DNA from: Verrucomicrobiota bacterium
GTDB taxonomy: Bacteria > Verrucomicrobiota > Verrucomicrobiia > Limisphaerales > CANJXF01
Direction of reading: 5' to 3'
Length of the DNA: 30,691 bases
Assembly (NCBI GenBank): GCA_039917795.1
Contig: JBDSIW010000190.1
Location: 1-30,691, forward strand
Shown here: positions 8,801-15,883 of the stretch, in pieces
Layout: the number at the start of each line of letters is the position of its first letter
Numbering within the stretch: the first letter of the stretch is position 1
The notes under the pieces: model-generated
What the model saw: only the letters and a program-made list of their open reading frames with translations
Told to the model about the DNA's origin: nothing
The model's database searches: none
Position numbers and translations under genes: made by a program

Positions 8801-9432
8801 TGGGCGTTGCGCCGCCTTTGCGCGGACTGCGTCATCGCTTGAAGGAGCCAGAGGTCCTGGCAATCATGAAGTCCGGCCGGAACCTCATGCCCGCGGCGCC
8901 GGCCTTGAGCGACATCGACAAAAAGGCGTTGATGGATTTCTTGTTTCTGCGCGATCGTCCGCTCGGAAAGGAAACTGGAACCCGACCGGAGCGCCCGGCC
9001 TATACGTTTAACGGCTACCCGAAGCTCCTCGATCTTGATGGCTATCCCGGAAACAAACCGCCTTGGGGGACGCTTAATTGCATCGACTTGAACACGGGAA
9101 AAATCCGTTGGAAAATTCCGTTGGGCGAGTATCCCGAACTGACTGCCCAGGGAATTCCTCAAACCGGAACCGAAAATTTCGGCGGCGCCATAGTTACGGC
9201 GGGCGGACTGGTTTTTTGCTCGGGAACAAGGGACCGGAAAATTCGCGCGTTCAACAAAGAGAACGGCAAGGAATTATGGTCGCACACGCTCCCGCTGCAT
9301 GGCACGGCGATCCCGGCTACCTATGAAGTGAATGGAAGGCAGTTCGTTGTTCTTGCCGCGACGGGCGGCGGCAAACTTGGCGGTCCCACCGGCGATGCTT
9401 ATGTCGCGTTCGCCCTGCCGCGAAAACCATAG
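5803..9432 (+). CDS. Exported multidomain quinohemoprotein: divergent xylose-isomerase-like TIM barrel + LamG/ConA-like domain + PQQ glucose-dehydrogenase-type propeller with inserted cytochrome c
   Basis: ATG 5803 gives signal peptide MKKFSLMVFLAVALRGASSAEA (1209 aa). TIM barrel ~5915-6675 (ALYNHENW, ILPLGQGELD). Pro-rich linker. LamG ~6820-7290 (DGQWHYLA, LFVDGKLV, GLVDDVRLS). PQQ region (FSALNQINSENVHRLEVAWTY, ANCWGGMALD, LWHFQEIRHDIWDLDIPAPP, PWGTLNCIDLNTGKIRWKIPLG, GGAIVTAGGLVF, TYEVNGRQFV). Heme motif CGPCH at 8767-8781. Confidence 0.88.
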   Translation: MKKFSLMVFLAVALRGASSAEAALTAAPAEYELLAHTNLVAWCIVPFDAKKRGPEERATMLEKLGFRFFAYDYRAEHIPTFDAEMDALQRHGIQLTAWWFPGVMNDEARLILDVLHRHKIRAQLWVTSGGAPVKSAAEQNARVKAEAKNIQAIAEAAAKAGCTVALYNHENWFGEPENQIQIIEQLKRDGVTNVGIVYNLHHGHDHVDRLPALLQQMKPYLLALNLNGMTKNGDQLGKKILPLGQGELDLSLLRMIRDSGWRGPIGLLNHTDEDAEARLRDNLDGLDWLVRQIDGQPPGPRPVPRSWHEPAPPGSPKKTSWQVSLAPAFSQALSGGIMFEGKPEYRARPITIECRARLDGFSRFNILVASDTKASAEHWELYSFAGTGALSLYQPGRGGNVSAEINICDGQWHYLAAIIEEKRVRLFVDGKLVKDAVATPLTGTPIPGGFAIGTLVEGGIGCDGLVDDVRLSRGAREIVSVRNNPLARDDQTIGLWNFDDLKPSTSGELDPWAIENAHARAALPEFQEIPAATLDELTPAQDVPGTGTITNWHRSLGDATSSRFSALNQINSENVHRLEVAWTYHSKDGTGNIQCNPIIVNGVMFAPTAGHFVVAVNAETGEEIWRFKPEIKTGAMRQEDPPARRGLIFWPGNNKDSPRILFTSGNWIYALDPKTGKPVEAFGDKGRTFLPAGGTVAGAIFKNFLVVPGFNRDVFGYDVRSGELLWTFHTIPHTGEYGRETWSGAGEGANCWGGMALDEQRGIAFISTGSPKPNFTGGSYRGENIFANCLLALDVATGIRLWHFQEIRHDIWDLDIPAPPNLVTLTREGKRVDAVAQVTKLGNTLLLDRLTGKPIFPFRLRRAPTSKLPGEWTAPYQPDVQIPEPFARQEFSTREVSQRSDEAREYVGKRIASANFGWFEPFQEGKATVLYNIHGGAEWTGAAFDPGSGFLYVSANEIPWAITVFRDDPELSRDSAAPTAGEKIYQQTCGPCHGADRIGLGVAPPLRGLRHRLKEPEVLAIMKSGRNLMPAAPALSDIDKKALMDFLFLRDRPLGKETGTRPERPAYTFNGYPKLLDLDGYPGNKPPWGTLNCIDLNTGKIRWKIPLGEYPELTAQGIPQTGTENFGGAIVTAGGLVFCSGTRDRKIRAFNKENGKELWSHTLPLHGTAIPATYEVNGRQFVVLAATGGGKLGGPTGDAYVAFALPRKP

Positions 9433-9478
9433 CCAAGTTGAGGTGAAGGTAAGAGCGAGTTGAGAATTTGACTGCTCT

Positions 9479-9547
9479 GTAGCACCGAAGAAGCGAGCTC
9501 GCGAATGCTTTGGATGGCGAATTCCCGCGCAATCACTTCGGTGGTAC
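9479..9547. repeat. Intergenic inverted repeat (REP-like stem with 45-nt interior)
   Basis: GTAGCACCGAAG (9479-9490) pairs with CTTCGGTGGTAC (9536-9547), 11 of 12 matches. The interior contains the perfect palindrome GCGAGCTCGC. It lies between convergent genes. Confidence 0.5.
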
Positions 9548-9603
9548 CATTTCCCTAACGCCCGGTAGGCATTGCACGTGCCTCAGGAACTGTTCTCCGA
9601 AGT

Positions 9604-10005
9604 TTATTGCGAACGGGTTTTCTCGATGGCGACCAAGTCCGCTTTCGCGCGCGCGTCGCCTTTATCAGCGCGCTGCGCTAAATCCGATGTCAAGGCCATC
9701 ATGGCGCGTTGGACCTTCATTAGTTGCTCAGCACTGGCGCCGTTTGCGCTTTGCGCGGTCTGTAGAGCGATCACGCTGCCCGCGTAATCATTGGCTCGCG
9801 CAGCCGAAAGAGCGCGATCCACCCAAACTTCCGCACTGGCGGTTTGGCCGGGAGCCAAGGAATCCGCCGGCGCGGTGGCTCCCGTCTTCTTGAAAGATTT
9901 CTCCAAGTCGGACAACTCCGATTTCACGTTGGCCTTCTCGCCGCAAGCCGACAACACTAAAACGAGCAGGCCGCAGCAGACTTTGAATCGGGAAATCGAT
10001 TTCAT
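9604..10005 (-). CDS. Hypothetical lipoprotein (helical)
   Basis: Basic N-terminus, hydrophobic core and lipobox LSA-C (Cys21), followed by an Ala-rich, apparently helical mature region. Starts 9 nt after the prepilin-type gene stop on the same strand. Confidence 0.8.
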   Translation of the reverse strand: MKSISRFKVCCGLLVLVLSACGEKANVKSELSDLEKSFKKTGATAPADSLAPGQTASAEVWVDRALSAARANDYAGSVIALQTAQSANGASAEQLMKVQRAMMALTSDLAQRADKGDARAKADLVAIEKTRSQ

Positions 10006-10014
10006 GAAAATTGC

Positions 10015-10800
10015 TCAGCGGCCATTGGCCGAACCGGGATAGCACCAAAGGCTGTTCTTGTTGGTCTCTGCGAGGAGTTGAAAATACTTTTTCCATTTTA
10101 TGAATTCAACGTGGCCATCGATCATCCCCAAGGTGGCGCCAATATTATGGCGCTGGCTTAAGCCTTCCGACGGGCTGCTCGAGCCGTCATTGAAATAGTT
10201 TGGATCGCGCTCGTCGGTTTCCCAAAACAGCATGTCGGTCCCTTTAAAGTTCGAGTTTTTGTAAGTCTTGCCGATGCTCCCCGAAGACCAGTCGAATGCG
10301 CCGTATCCTTTGATCACCACGCCGCTCATGAGGTAGCTGGTGAACTTGATATTCGCCTGCTTGAAAATGACCGTGTTGGTGTTGTGAAGCGGGCACATGT
10401 ATAGTTTCCAACTCTTCAGCGAAGCGAAGAACAGACCGCGCTCAGGACCGTAATAGGGACCACTCCCGACCGGGAGGGTTTCGCCGGGCTTATACAGCCA
10501 ACCCGCTGGAAGCGACGTATCTCTCGACCCGCCCGCCCCGCCGCAGTTCGGCGGCGCAATCCGATCGTTGCTGTCGATCACGTAAAGATTATGCGCCAAG
10601 CCGATCTGTTTCAGATTATTGATGCACGAGGTCCGCTGTGCTTTTTCCTTGGCCTTTGCCAAAGCGGGTAAAAGCAGTCCAGCGAGGATCGCGATGATTG
10701 CGATCACCACTAAAAGCTCGATCAAAGTGAACGCCATCCTTGCGATGCGGAAGGACGATTCTCTGCGGGACCGCTGTAAGAGCAATGGCATCGGTTTCAT
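10015..10800 (-). CDS. Prepilin-type N-terminal cleavage/methylation domain protein with C-terminal H-X9-DG motif (PVC DUF1559-like)
   Basis: A|[46 protein letters not shown] (class III signal, Glu5). C-terminal [15 protein letters not shown] = H-X9-DG. Confidence 0.92.
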   Translation of the reverse strand: MKPMPLLLQRSRRESSFRIARMAFTLIELLVVIAIIAILAGLLLPALAKAKEKAQRTSCINNLKQIGLAHNLYVIDSNDRIAPPNCGGAGGSRDTSLPAGWLYKPGETLPVGSGPYYGPERGLFFASLKSWKLYMCPLHNTNTVIFKQANIKFTSYLMSGVVIKGYGAFDWSSGSIGKTYKNSNFKGTDMLFWETDERDPNYFNDGSSSPSEGLSQRHNIGATLGMIDGHVEFIKWKKYFQLLAETNKNSLWCYPGSANGR

Positions 10801-10827
10801 ATTATAAACCTGCTTGGGATTTAATTT

Positions 10828-10856
10828 AAACTGAGCAGGACGAAAGCCCCTGTCAA
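10828..10856 (-). promoter_or_regulatory. Putative sigma70 promoter for the prepilin-type gene
   Basis: Minus strand: TTGACA (10856-10851), 17-nt spacer, then CAGTTT (10833-10828) as a weak -10, 27 nt upstream of ATG 10800. Confidence 0.45.
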
Positions 10857-10875
10857 GGGTTATGAGCCAACCGCT

Positions 10876-12276
10876 TCAGCGAACGTAAATCGGGTTTGAA
10901 TAAATCCACGGGCGCTCCTCGCCATCGAGTTTCAACCAGCCCTCGACGCGATAAACTCCCGCGGCTTCCAGGACCTGCTCCAGGTGAGCGCCGTCCCGTT
11001 CCGCGATGACTTTTCCGTTTTTTAACAATCGAATGTGACAGGCCACCGGGAAGTTCGCCGAGAGCTTTTGTCCGGGGGCAAATTTCGCTTCGTCACCCAT
11101 GAGCACTTCCGCTGAACCCGTCATTTCATAGGAGAATCCTGTGGCGTCACACATCCAGTCGTGGCTGACATAGGCGCGACCTTGCTGTAGCGCGGATCGA
11201 ATCGCGGGTTCCGACAATTCCGTCGCGAGAATGTGAGTCGCCGAGTTTCGAAACGAGCGGTAATAGGGATCAAGATCCACCCGCGCCAGTTCGTCGCCGG
11301 GCTTCCGGCCTTTCGTCATTTCGAGAATTCCAGAACGCGAATCCGCCGTCGCTTTGCGCATGTCGTCCTCGTTATCGACAATCGTGCCGAACCGCACGGT
11401 CCGTTCGTCCACCATTTTCACGACAAACACCTGGTTGTGATGGCAGTCGTTGGCCGCAACGCCAGTGAGCCGGCGCGTTTGCGTCTCGGCATCCCACTTG
11501 GAAAGGTAACCGTCGAGGTACGTGACTTGGGCGCCGAGCACTTCATCGGGATAAAGACGCAGGTTTTCCTGGAACTCCGCTAGTTCCGCAGGACTGAGCA
11601 TTTTCAACGCGATCGCGATCAACCCCGCCATATCTTTCTTGGCGTCCATGTGACGGTTGTAAATCTCCATCCCGGTCAATCCGTTCATCGAATGGTCAGG
11701 GCGCTCTTCGATATGCGAGAGAAAAATCAATCCGTTGCTGGCCGTGACTGAGGCGATGAGTTCCGCTTCGGGCGATTCCATTCGGTCCATAATCGAGTCC
11801 GACGGATAAACCAGAAATCCTTTCGCCTCCGAACCCGGGATGAACAAAACGCCTTCGTGCATTCCCCGCCAGCTGTCGCGAATAAAATCGCGCGGCGGAC
11901 GAAGGTGATCCGTCAGCATGATTACTTGCACACCCGCCTTTTTCGCGTCGGCGAGCATTTCGGGGCGGGTTCCGCCGGTATGGGCGGAGTCCTCGGCGTG
12001 GGCGTGCAGGATGGCTTTGTAATCGTGCAAACCTCGAAATGGCACAAGCGTACGGCGCTTTTCCTGATAGAGCAGGGCGTCAGCATGGGCGGCCTTCAAG
12101 TGCGCTGGCTTCATCCGCTCAATAGCGGAAAGTTTTTGCACGGGAGAATTCTTCTCAGCAAGCAACGTTTCTCCGGGAATGGGGCAGGCAAAAATGAGCA
12201 GGATAGCGCAAGCAAGGAATAGAATTCGCAAGGGCAGAACTGCATTGGGCGACTTGTTACAAAACCGGTGAATCAC
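10876..12276 (-). CDS. Exported PHP-fold metallohydrolase (CehA/McbA-like)
   Basis: Hydrophobic N-terminal signal (LRILFLACAILLIFAC). PHP metal motifs LHAHAEDSAH, MLTDH, GSE, FLSH, GVAANDCHH. C-terminal GRAYVS...YRVE...WIYSNPIYV is typical of this group. Confidence 0.75.
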   Translation of the reverse strand: MIHRFCNKSPNAVLPLRILFLACAILLIFACPIPGETLLAEKNSPVQKLSAIERMKPAHLKAAHADALLYQEKRRTLVPFRGLHDYKAILHAHAEDSAHTGGTRPEMLADAKKAGVQVIMLTDHLRPPRDFIRDSWRGMHEGVLFIPGSEAKGFLVYPSDSIMDRMESPEAELIASVTASNGLIFLSHIEERPDHSMNGLTGMEIYNRHMDAKKDMAGLIAIALKMLSPAELAEFQENLRLYPDEVLGAQVTYLDGYLSKWDAETQTRRLTGVAANDCHHNQVFVVKMVDERTVRFGTIVDNEDDMRKATADSRSGILEMTKGRKPGDELARVDLDPYYRSFRNSATHILATELSEPAIRSALQQGRAYVSHDWMCDATGFSYEMTGSAEVLMGDEAKFAPGQKLSANFPVACHIRLLKNGKVIAERDGAHLEQVLEAAGVYRVEGWLKLDGEERPWIYSNPIYVR

Positions 12277-12302
12277 GGGTCCACCCTATCGGCGAGATTG
12301 AG

Positions 12303-14174
12303 ATGAGCACAGCCAAAAGGACCGCCGCGAATTTGATTGTCAATTGGTTCGAAGAGGTAAAAGAATCGACCATGCCCGACCTCAAATCCCTCCCGCCTCA
12401 TCTGGTGGGCGGAAACTTCCTGCTCACGGAAACTGATCCCAACCTTGTGTTTACCCCGGAGGATTTGACTTCCGACCAGCGTCTCATGGCGCAGACCGCC
12501 GGCAAATTCATGGAAAAAGATGTCCTCACCCACCTCGAGGCGTTGGAGCATCAGGAGGAAGGTTTGATGCCGAAGATTTTTCGTAAAGCCGGCGAACTTG
12601 GTTTGCTCGGCATGGAAGTGCCCGTTGAATACGACGGTTTGGGGCTCAACAAAACCGGCACCGTTGGAGTCGAGGAACAGTTGACGCGGTTAGGCGGTTT
12701 TGGAGTCACTTGCGGCGCCCATTGCGGCATTGGCACCATGCCATTGCAACATTTCGGAACGGACGCGCAGAAGAAAAAGTATCTCTCGAAACTTGCCACC
12801 GGCGAATGGATGGCGGCCTACGCCTTGAGTGAAACGGGTGCCGGTTCCGATGCCCTCGGCCTTCGCACCAAGGCCACGCTTTCTCCCGACGGCAAAAATT
12901 ATCTCCTGAACGGGACGAAGATGTGGATCTCCAATTCGGCCTGGGCCGATCTCTTTACGATCTTTGCCAAAGTCGATGGGCAACACGTCACTGCTTTTCT
13001 GGTCGAGCGGGATTTTCCTGGCGTTTCCACCGGCAAAGAAGAACACAAACTCGGGATCAAATCCTCCTCGACACGGCGGGTGATCCTGGAAGACGCCGTG
13101 GTGCCCGTGGAAAATCTTTTGGGCGAAGTGGGCAAGGGCGCTTACATCGCTTTTAATATCTTAAACATCGGTCGTTATAAGCTCGGAGCCGGGGCCATTG
13201 GCGGCTCGAAACAAGCGCTCAAAGTCGCCACCGCCTACGCATTGGAACGCCAGCAGTTCGGGAGGCCCATCGCTTCGTTTGGATTGATTCAACACAAGCT
13301 GGCCGAAATGGCCTCTCGAATTTTCGCAGCGGAAAGCACGGTTTATCGCACGGCAGCCATGATCGATGCCGTCCACGCTACGGGTGAAATGATGGACTCG
13401 ATGAGCCCGCCCTTTCCGCGAAGCCTCGATGAATTTGCGCTGGAATGTTCCATCATCAAAGTCGCGTGCAGCGAAATCCTCGACGACGCGGTGGACGAGT
13501 CGCTGCAAATCCACGGCGGGTATGGCTACACGGAAGAATTTCCGGCGGCACGAGCGGTTCGGGATTCCCGGATCAATCGCATTTTCGAAGGGACAAACGA
13601 AATCAACCGGCTTTTCATTCCAGGGCTTCTAATGCGACGCGCCCAGCGCGGACGCTTCCCGCTCGTCGCCGCCATTACGAAAGTGATGGAAGGGCTGCTC
13701 GACCCGATCCTCTCGGATGACTCGTCGCCTGGCGATGAGCTTTCTCCCGCGCGATTCCTCCTCGTCAACGCGAAGAAGCTGGTGCTTTTCGTTTCCGGCG
13801 TGGCGCATCAGAGGTTTGGCGACAAACTGGGCGAGGAACAGGAAATCGTCGCGAGCCTGAGTGACTTGATCATCGACGTTTACCTCGCAGAAAGCGCCTT
13901 GCTCCGGACCTTGAAAGCGCGGCAGGCAACGGGTAATCCGCCTGTGATGACGGACCTTGCTCTTTCTTTTATCAACGACGCGGTCGGACGCCTGGAACAA
14001 AACGCCCGGCGCGCCTTGGCAGCGACTTCCGTGGGCGACGAACTCAAAGCGCAACTGGGGATCGTGCGACGCCTGCTGCGCTGGACACCTTTGAACGGAG
14101 TCGCTGTCGAACGGCGCATCGCGAAACGATTGTGCGAGGTGGGAAGTTATTCAGCCCTCGTCGCTGGGAAATAA
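12303..14174 (+). CDS. Acyl-CoA dehydrogenase (long, FadE/AcdA-type)
   Basis: AYALSETGAGSDA, YLLNGTKMWISN, EEHKLGIKSSST, FNILNIGRYKLG, RQQFGRPIASFGLIQHKLAEM, QIHGGYGY, RDSRINRIFEGTNEINR. An alternative start at 12372 (MPDLKS) is possible. Confidence 0.93.
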   Translation: MSTAKRTAANLIVNWFEEVKESTMPDLKSLPPHLVGGNFLLTETDPNLVFTPEDLTSDQRLMAQTAGKFMEKDVLTHLEALEHQEEGLMPKIFRKAGELGLLGMEVPVEYDGLGLNKTGTVGVEEQLTRLGGFGVTCGAHCGIGTMPLQHFGTDAQKKKYLSKLATGEWMAAYALSETGAGSDALGLRTKATLSPDGKNYLLNGTKMWISNSAWADLFTIFAKVDGQHVTAFLVERDFPGVSTGKEEHKLGIKSSSTRRVILEDAVVPVENLLGEVGKGAYIAFNILNIGRYKLGAGAIGGSKQALKVATAYALERQQFGRPIASFGLIQHKLAEMASRIFAAESTVYRTAAMIDAVHATGEMMDSMSPPFPRSLDEFALECSIIKVACSEILDDAVDESLQIHGGYGYTEEFPAARAVRDSRINRIFEGTNEINRLFIPGLLMRRAQRGRFPLVAAITKVMEGLLDPILSDDSSPGDELSPARFLLVNAKKLVLFVSGVAHQRFGDKLGEEQEIVASLSDLIIDVYLAESALLRTLKARQATGNPPVMTDLALSFINDAVGRLEQNARRALAATSVGDELKAQLGIVRRLLRWTPLNGVAVERRIAKRLCEVGSYSALVAGK

Positions 14175-14177
14175 GAC

Positions 14178-15809
14178 ATGACCTATCCAGATTTAACGCT
14201 GCCTCAACTCCTCGCGCAAACTGCGGCGAAGGTTTCCGATGGCACCGCGCTGTTTTACCTGGGGGCGAAGATTTCTTACGGTCAACTTCTGGATCACTCG
14301 AACCGGCTGGCAGCGGGATTGCAATCCATCGGGGTTGTGAAGGGGGACCGGGTGGCGCTGTTAATGCCGAACTGCCCGCAATTCGTCATCAGTTTTTTTG
14401 GTGCGCTGCGAGCCGGTGGCATCGTCACCGCGACGAGTTCGATGTACACCGCGCGAGAACTGGCTTATCAATGGAACGACGCGGGCGCGACCGTCGTCAT
14501 CGCGGATCGCCGTCTCTATCCCGTGATCAAGGCGGCATTGCCGCAATTGACGACCGTGCGGCATGTCATCCTGACTGGCGTCCGACAATATTCGCATCGC
14601 CATTTTCAGCGGCTCTGCGGGGTTCTCGAATCTTCTCCGTGCGAGAAAAAGGCGCGTGTGGATTCACACGAGAAGAACGGATCATCCAATTATGCAAACG
14701 TCCCGCAGCATCACCATTGGGAGGAATTTCTCCACAGCAAAAATCCTTCGCCAGACGGGCTGACGCAGTCGGACGTCGCATGCCTCCAATACACCGGCGG
14801 CACCACCGGGACGTCCAAAGGCGCGATGTTGACCCACGGCAATCTGGTGATCAACGCGACGCAGGCCAATTGCTGGCTTGGAACCCGTCAGGGCGAAAGG
14901 ATGGTGGCGGCTCTGCCTCTTTTTCACATCTACGCCATGACCTGTGTGATGATCAGTTCGATCATGAATGGCGGGAGCGTGGTCATCCTTCCCAGGTTCG
15001 AGCTGAAAGGGGCGCTGAACGTCATCCGCAAATATCACCCGACCATTTTCCATGGAGTTCCCACCATGTATGTCGCGTTTAACAGCGCGCCCAACGTGGA
15101 GCGTTATGGATTCAATTCGCTGCGCGTTTGCATGAGCGGCGGTGCGCCCTTGCCGGTCGAAGTGCGGCAACGATTCGAGGCGCTTACCGGAGGGAAACTC
15201 GTCGAAGGCTACGGCCTTACCGAAACTTCGCCCGTGACCCACGTTAATCCGCCCGAGGGCTCGCTGAAAGTCGGCAGCATTGGTTTGCCGATTGTGGATA
15301 CCGAAGTCCGCATCATGGACATGGAAACCGGCACGCGCGAAATGCCCGTCGGCGAGATTGGGGAAATTGCGATCCGCGGTCCGCAAGTCATGAAAGGCTA
15401 CTGGCACAAGCCCGAGGAAACCGCAATGGTTCTGCGCGATGGCTGGCTCTTCACTGGCGATGTGGCGCGCAAGGATGCCGACGGCTTTTACTACATTGTC
15501 GATCGCAAGAAAGACCTGATCATCGCCGGTGGCTATAATATTTATCCGCGCGAAGTGGAGGAAGTCTTGTTCGAATGCCCCAAGGTGAAGGAGGCAGGAG
15601 TGGTCGGGGTTCCCGATGGTTACCGCGGCGAAACCGTCAAAGCTTTTGTGGTCTTGAAAGACGGACTGGTCGCGACTCCCGACGAGATCGTCGCCTTTTG
15701 CCGCGAACGTTTGGCGAGCTACAAAGTGCCGCGCCAAGTGGTGTTTCGGGATTCGCTGCCCAAGTCCGGCGTCGGCAAATACCTCCGGCGCGAGCTGCGA
15801 AATTTATAA
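14178..15809 (+). CDS. Long-chain-fatty-acid--CoA ligase (AMP-binding, FadD/LcfA-type)
   Basis: P-loop LQYTGGTTGTSKGAMLTH, LPLFHIY, VEGYGLTETSP, GEIAIRGPQVMKGYW, GWLFTGD, IVDRKKDLII, GYNIYPREVEE, LPKSGVGK. Starts 3 nt after the acyl-CoA dehydrogenase stop. Confidence 0.95.
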   Translation: MTYPDLTLPQLLAQTAAKVSDGTALFYLGAKISYGQLLDHSNRLAAGLQSIGVVKGDRVALLMPNCPQFVISFFGALRAGGIVTATSSMYTARELAYQWNDAGATVVIADRRLYPVIKAALPQLTTVRHVILTGVRQYSHRHFQRLCGVLESSPCEKKARVDSHEKNGSSNYANVPQHHHWEEFLHSKNPSPDGLTQSDVACLQYTGGTTGTSKGAMLTHGNLVINATQANCWLGTRQGERMVAALPLFHIYAMTCVMISSIMNGGSVVILPRFELKGALNVIRKYHPTIFHGVPTMYVAFNSAPNVERYGFNSLRVCMSGGAPLPVEVRQRFEALTGGKLVEGYGLTETSPVTHVNPPEGSLKVGSIGLPIVDTEVRIMDMETGTREMPVGEIGEIAIRGPQVMKGYWHKPEETAMVLRDGWLFTGDVARKDADGFYYIVDRKKDLIIAGGYNIYPREVEEVLFECPKVKEAGVVGVPDGYRGETVKAFVVLKDGLVATPDEIVAFCRERLASYKVPRQVVFRDSLPKSGVGKYLRRELRNL

Positions 15810-15883
15810 TGCACTGGTCCATTTCCGCTTCATCCATTCGCTCGCCTCATCCGCCAGTAATCAATCGCCAAGCCCAAACATCT

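Noticed and set aside
14570-14760. Unusual segment in the acyl-CoA ligase (RQYSHRHFQRLCG...QHHHWEEF) as a possible compensated frameshift
   Set aside because: The ORF is continuous, this loop is variable in the family, and the alternative frames do not read more like known ligases.
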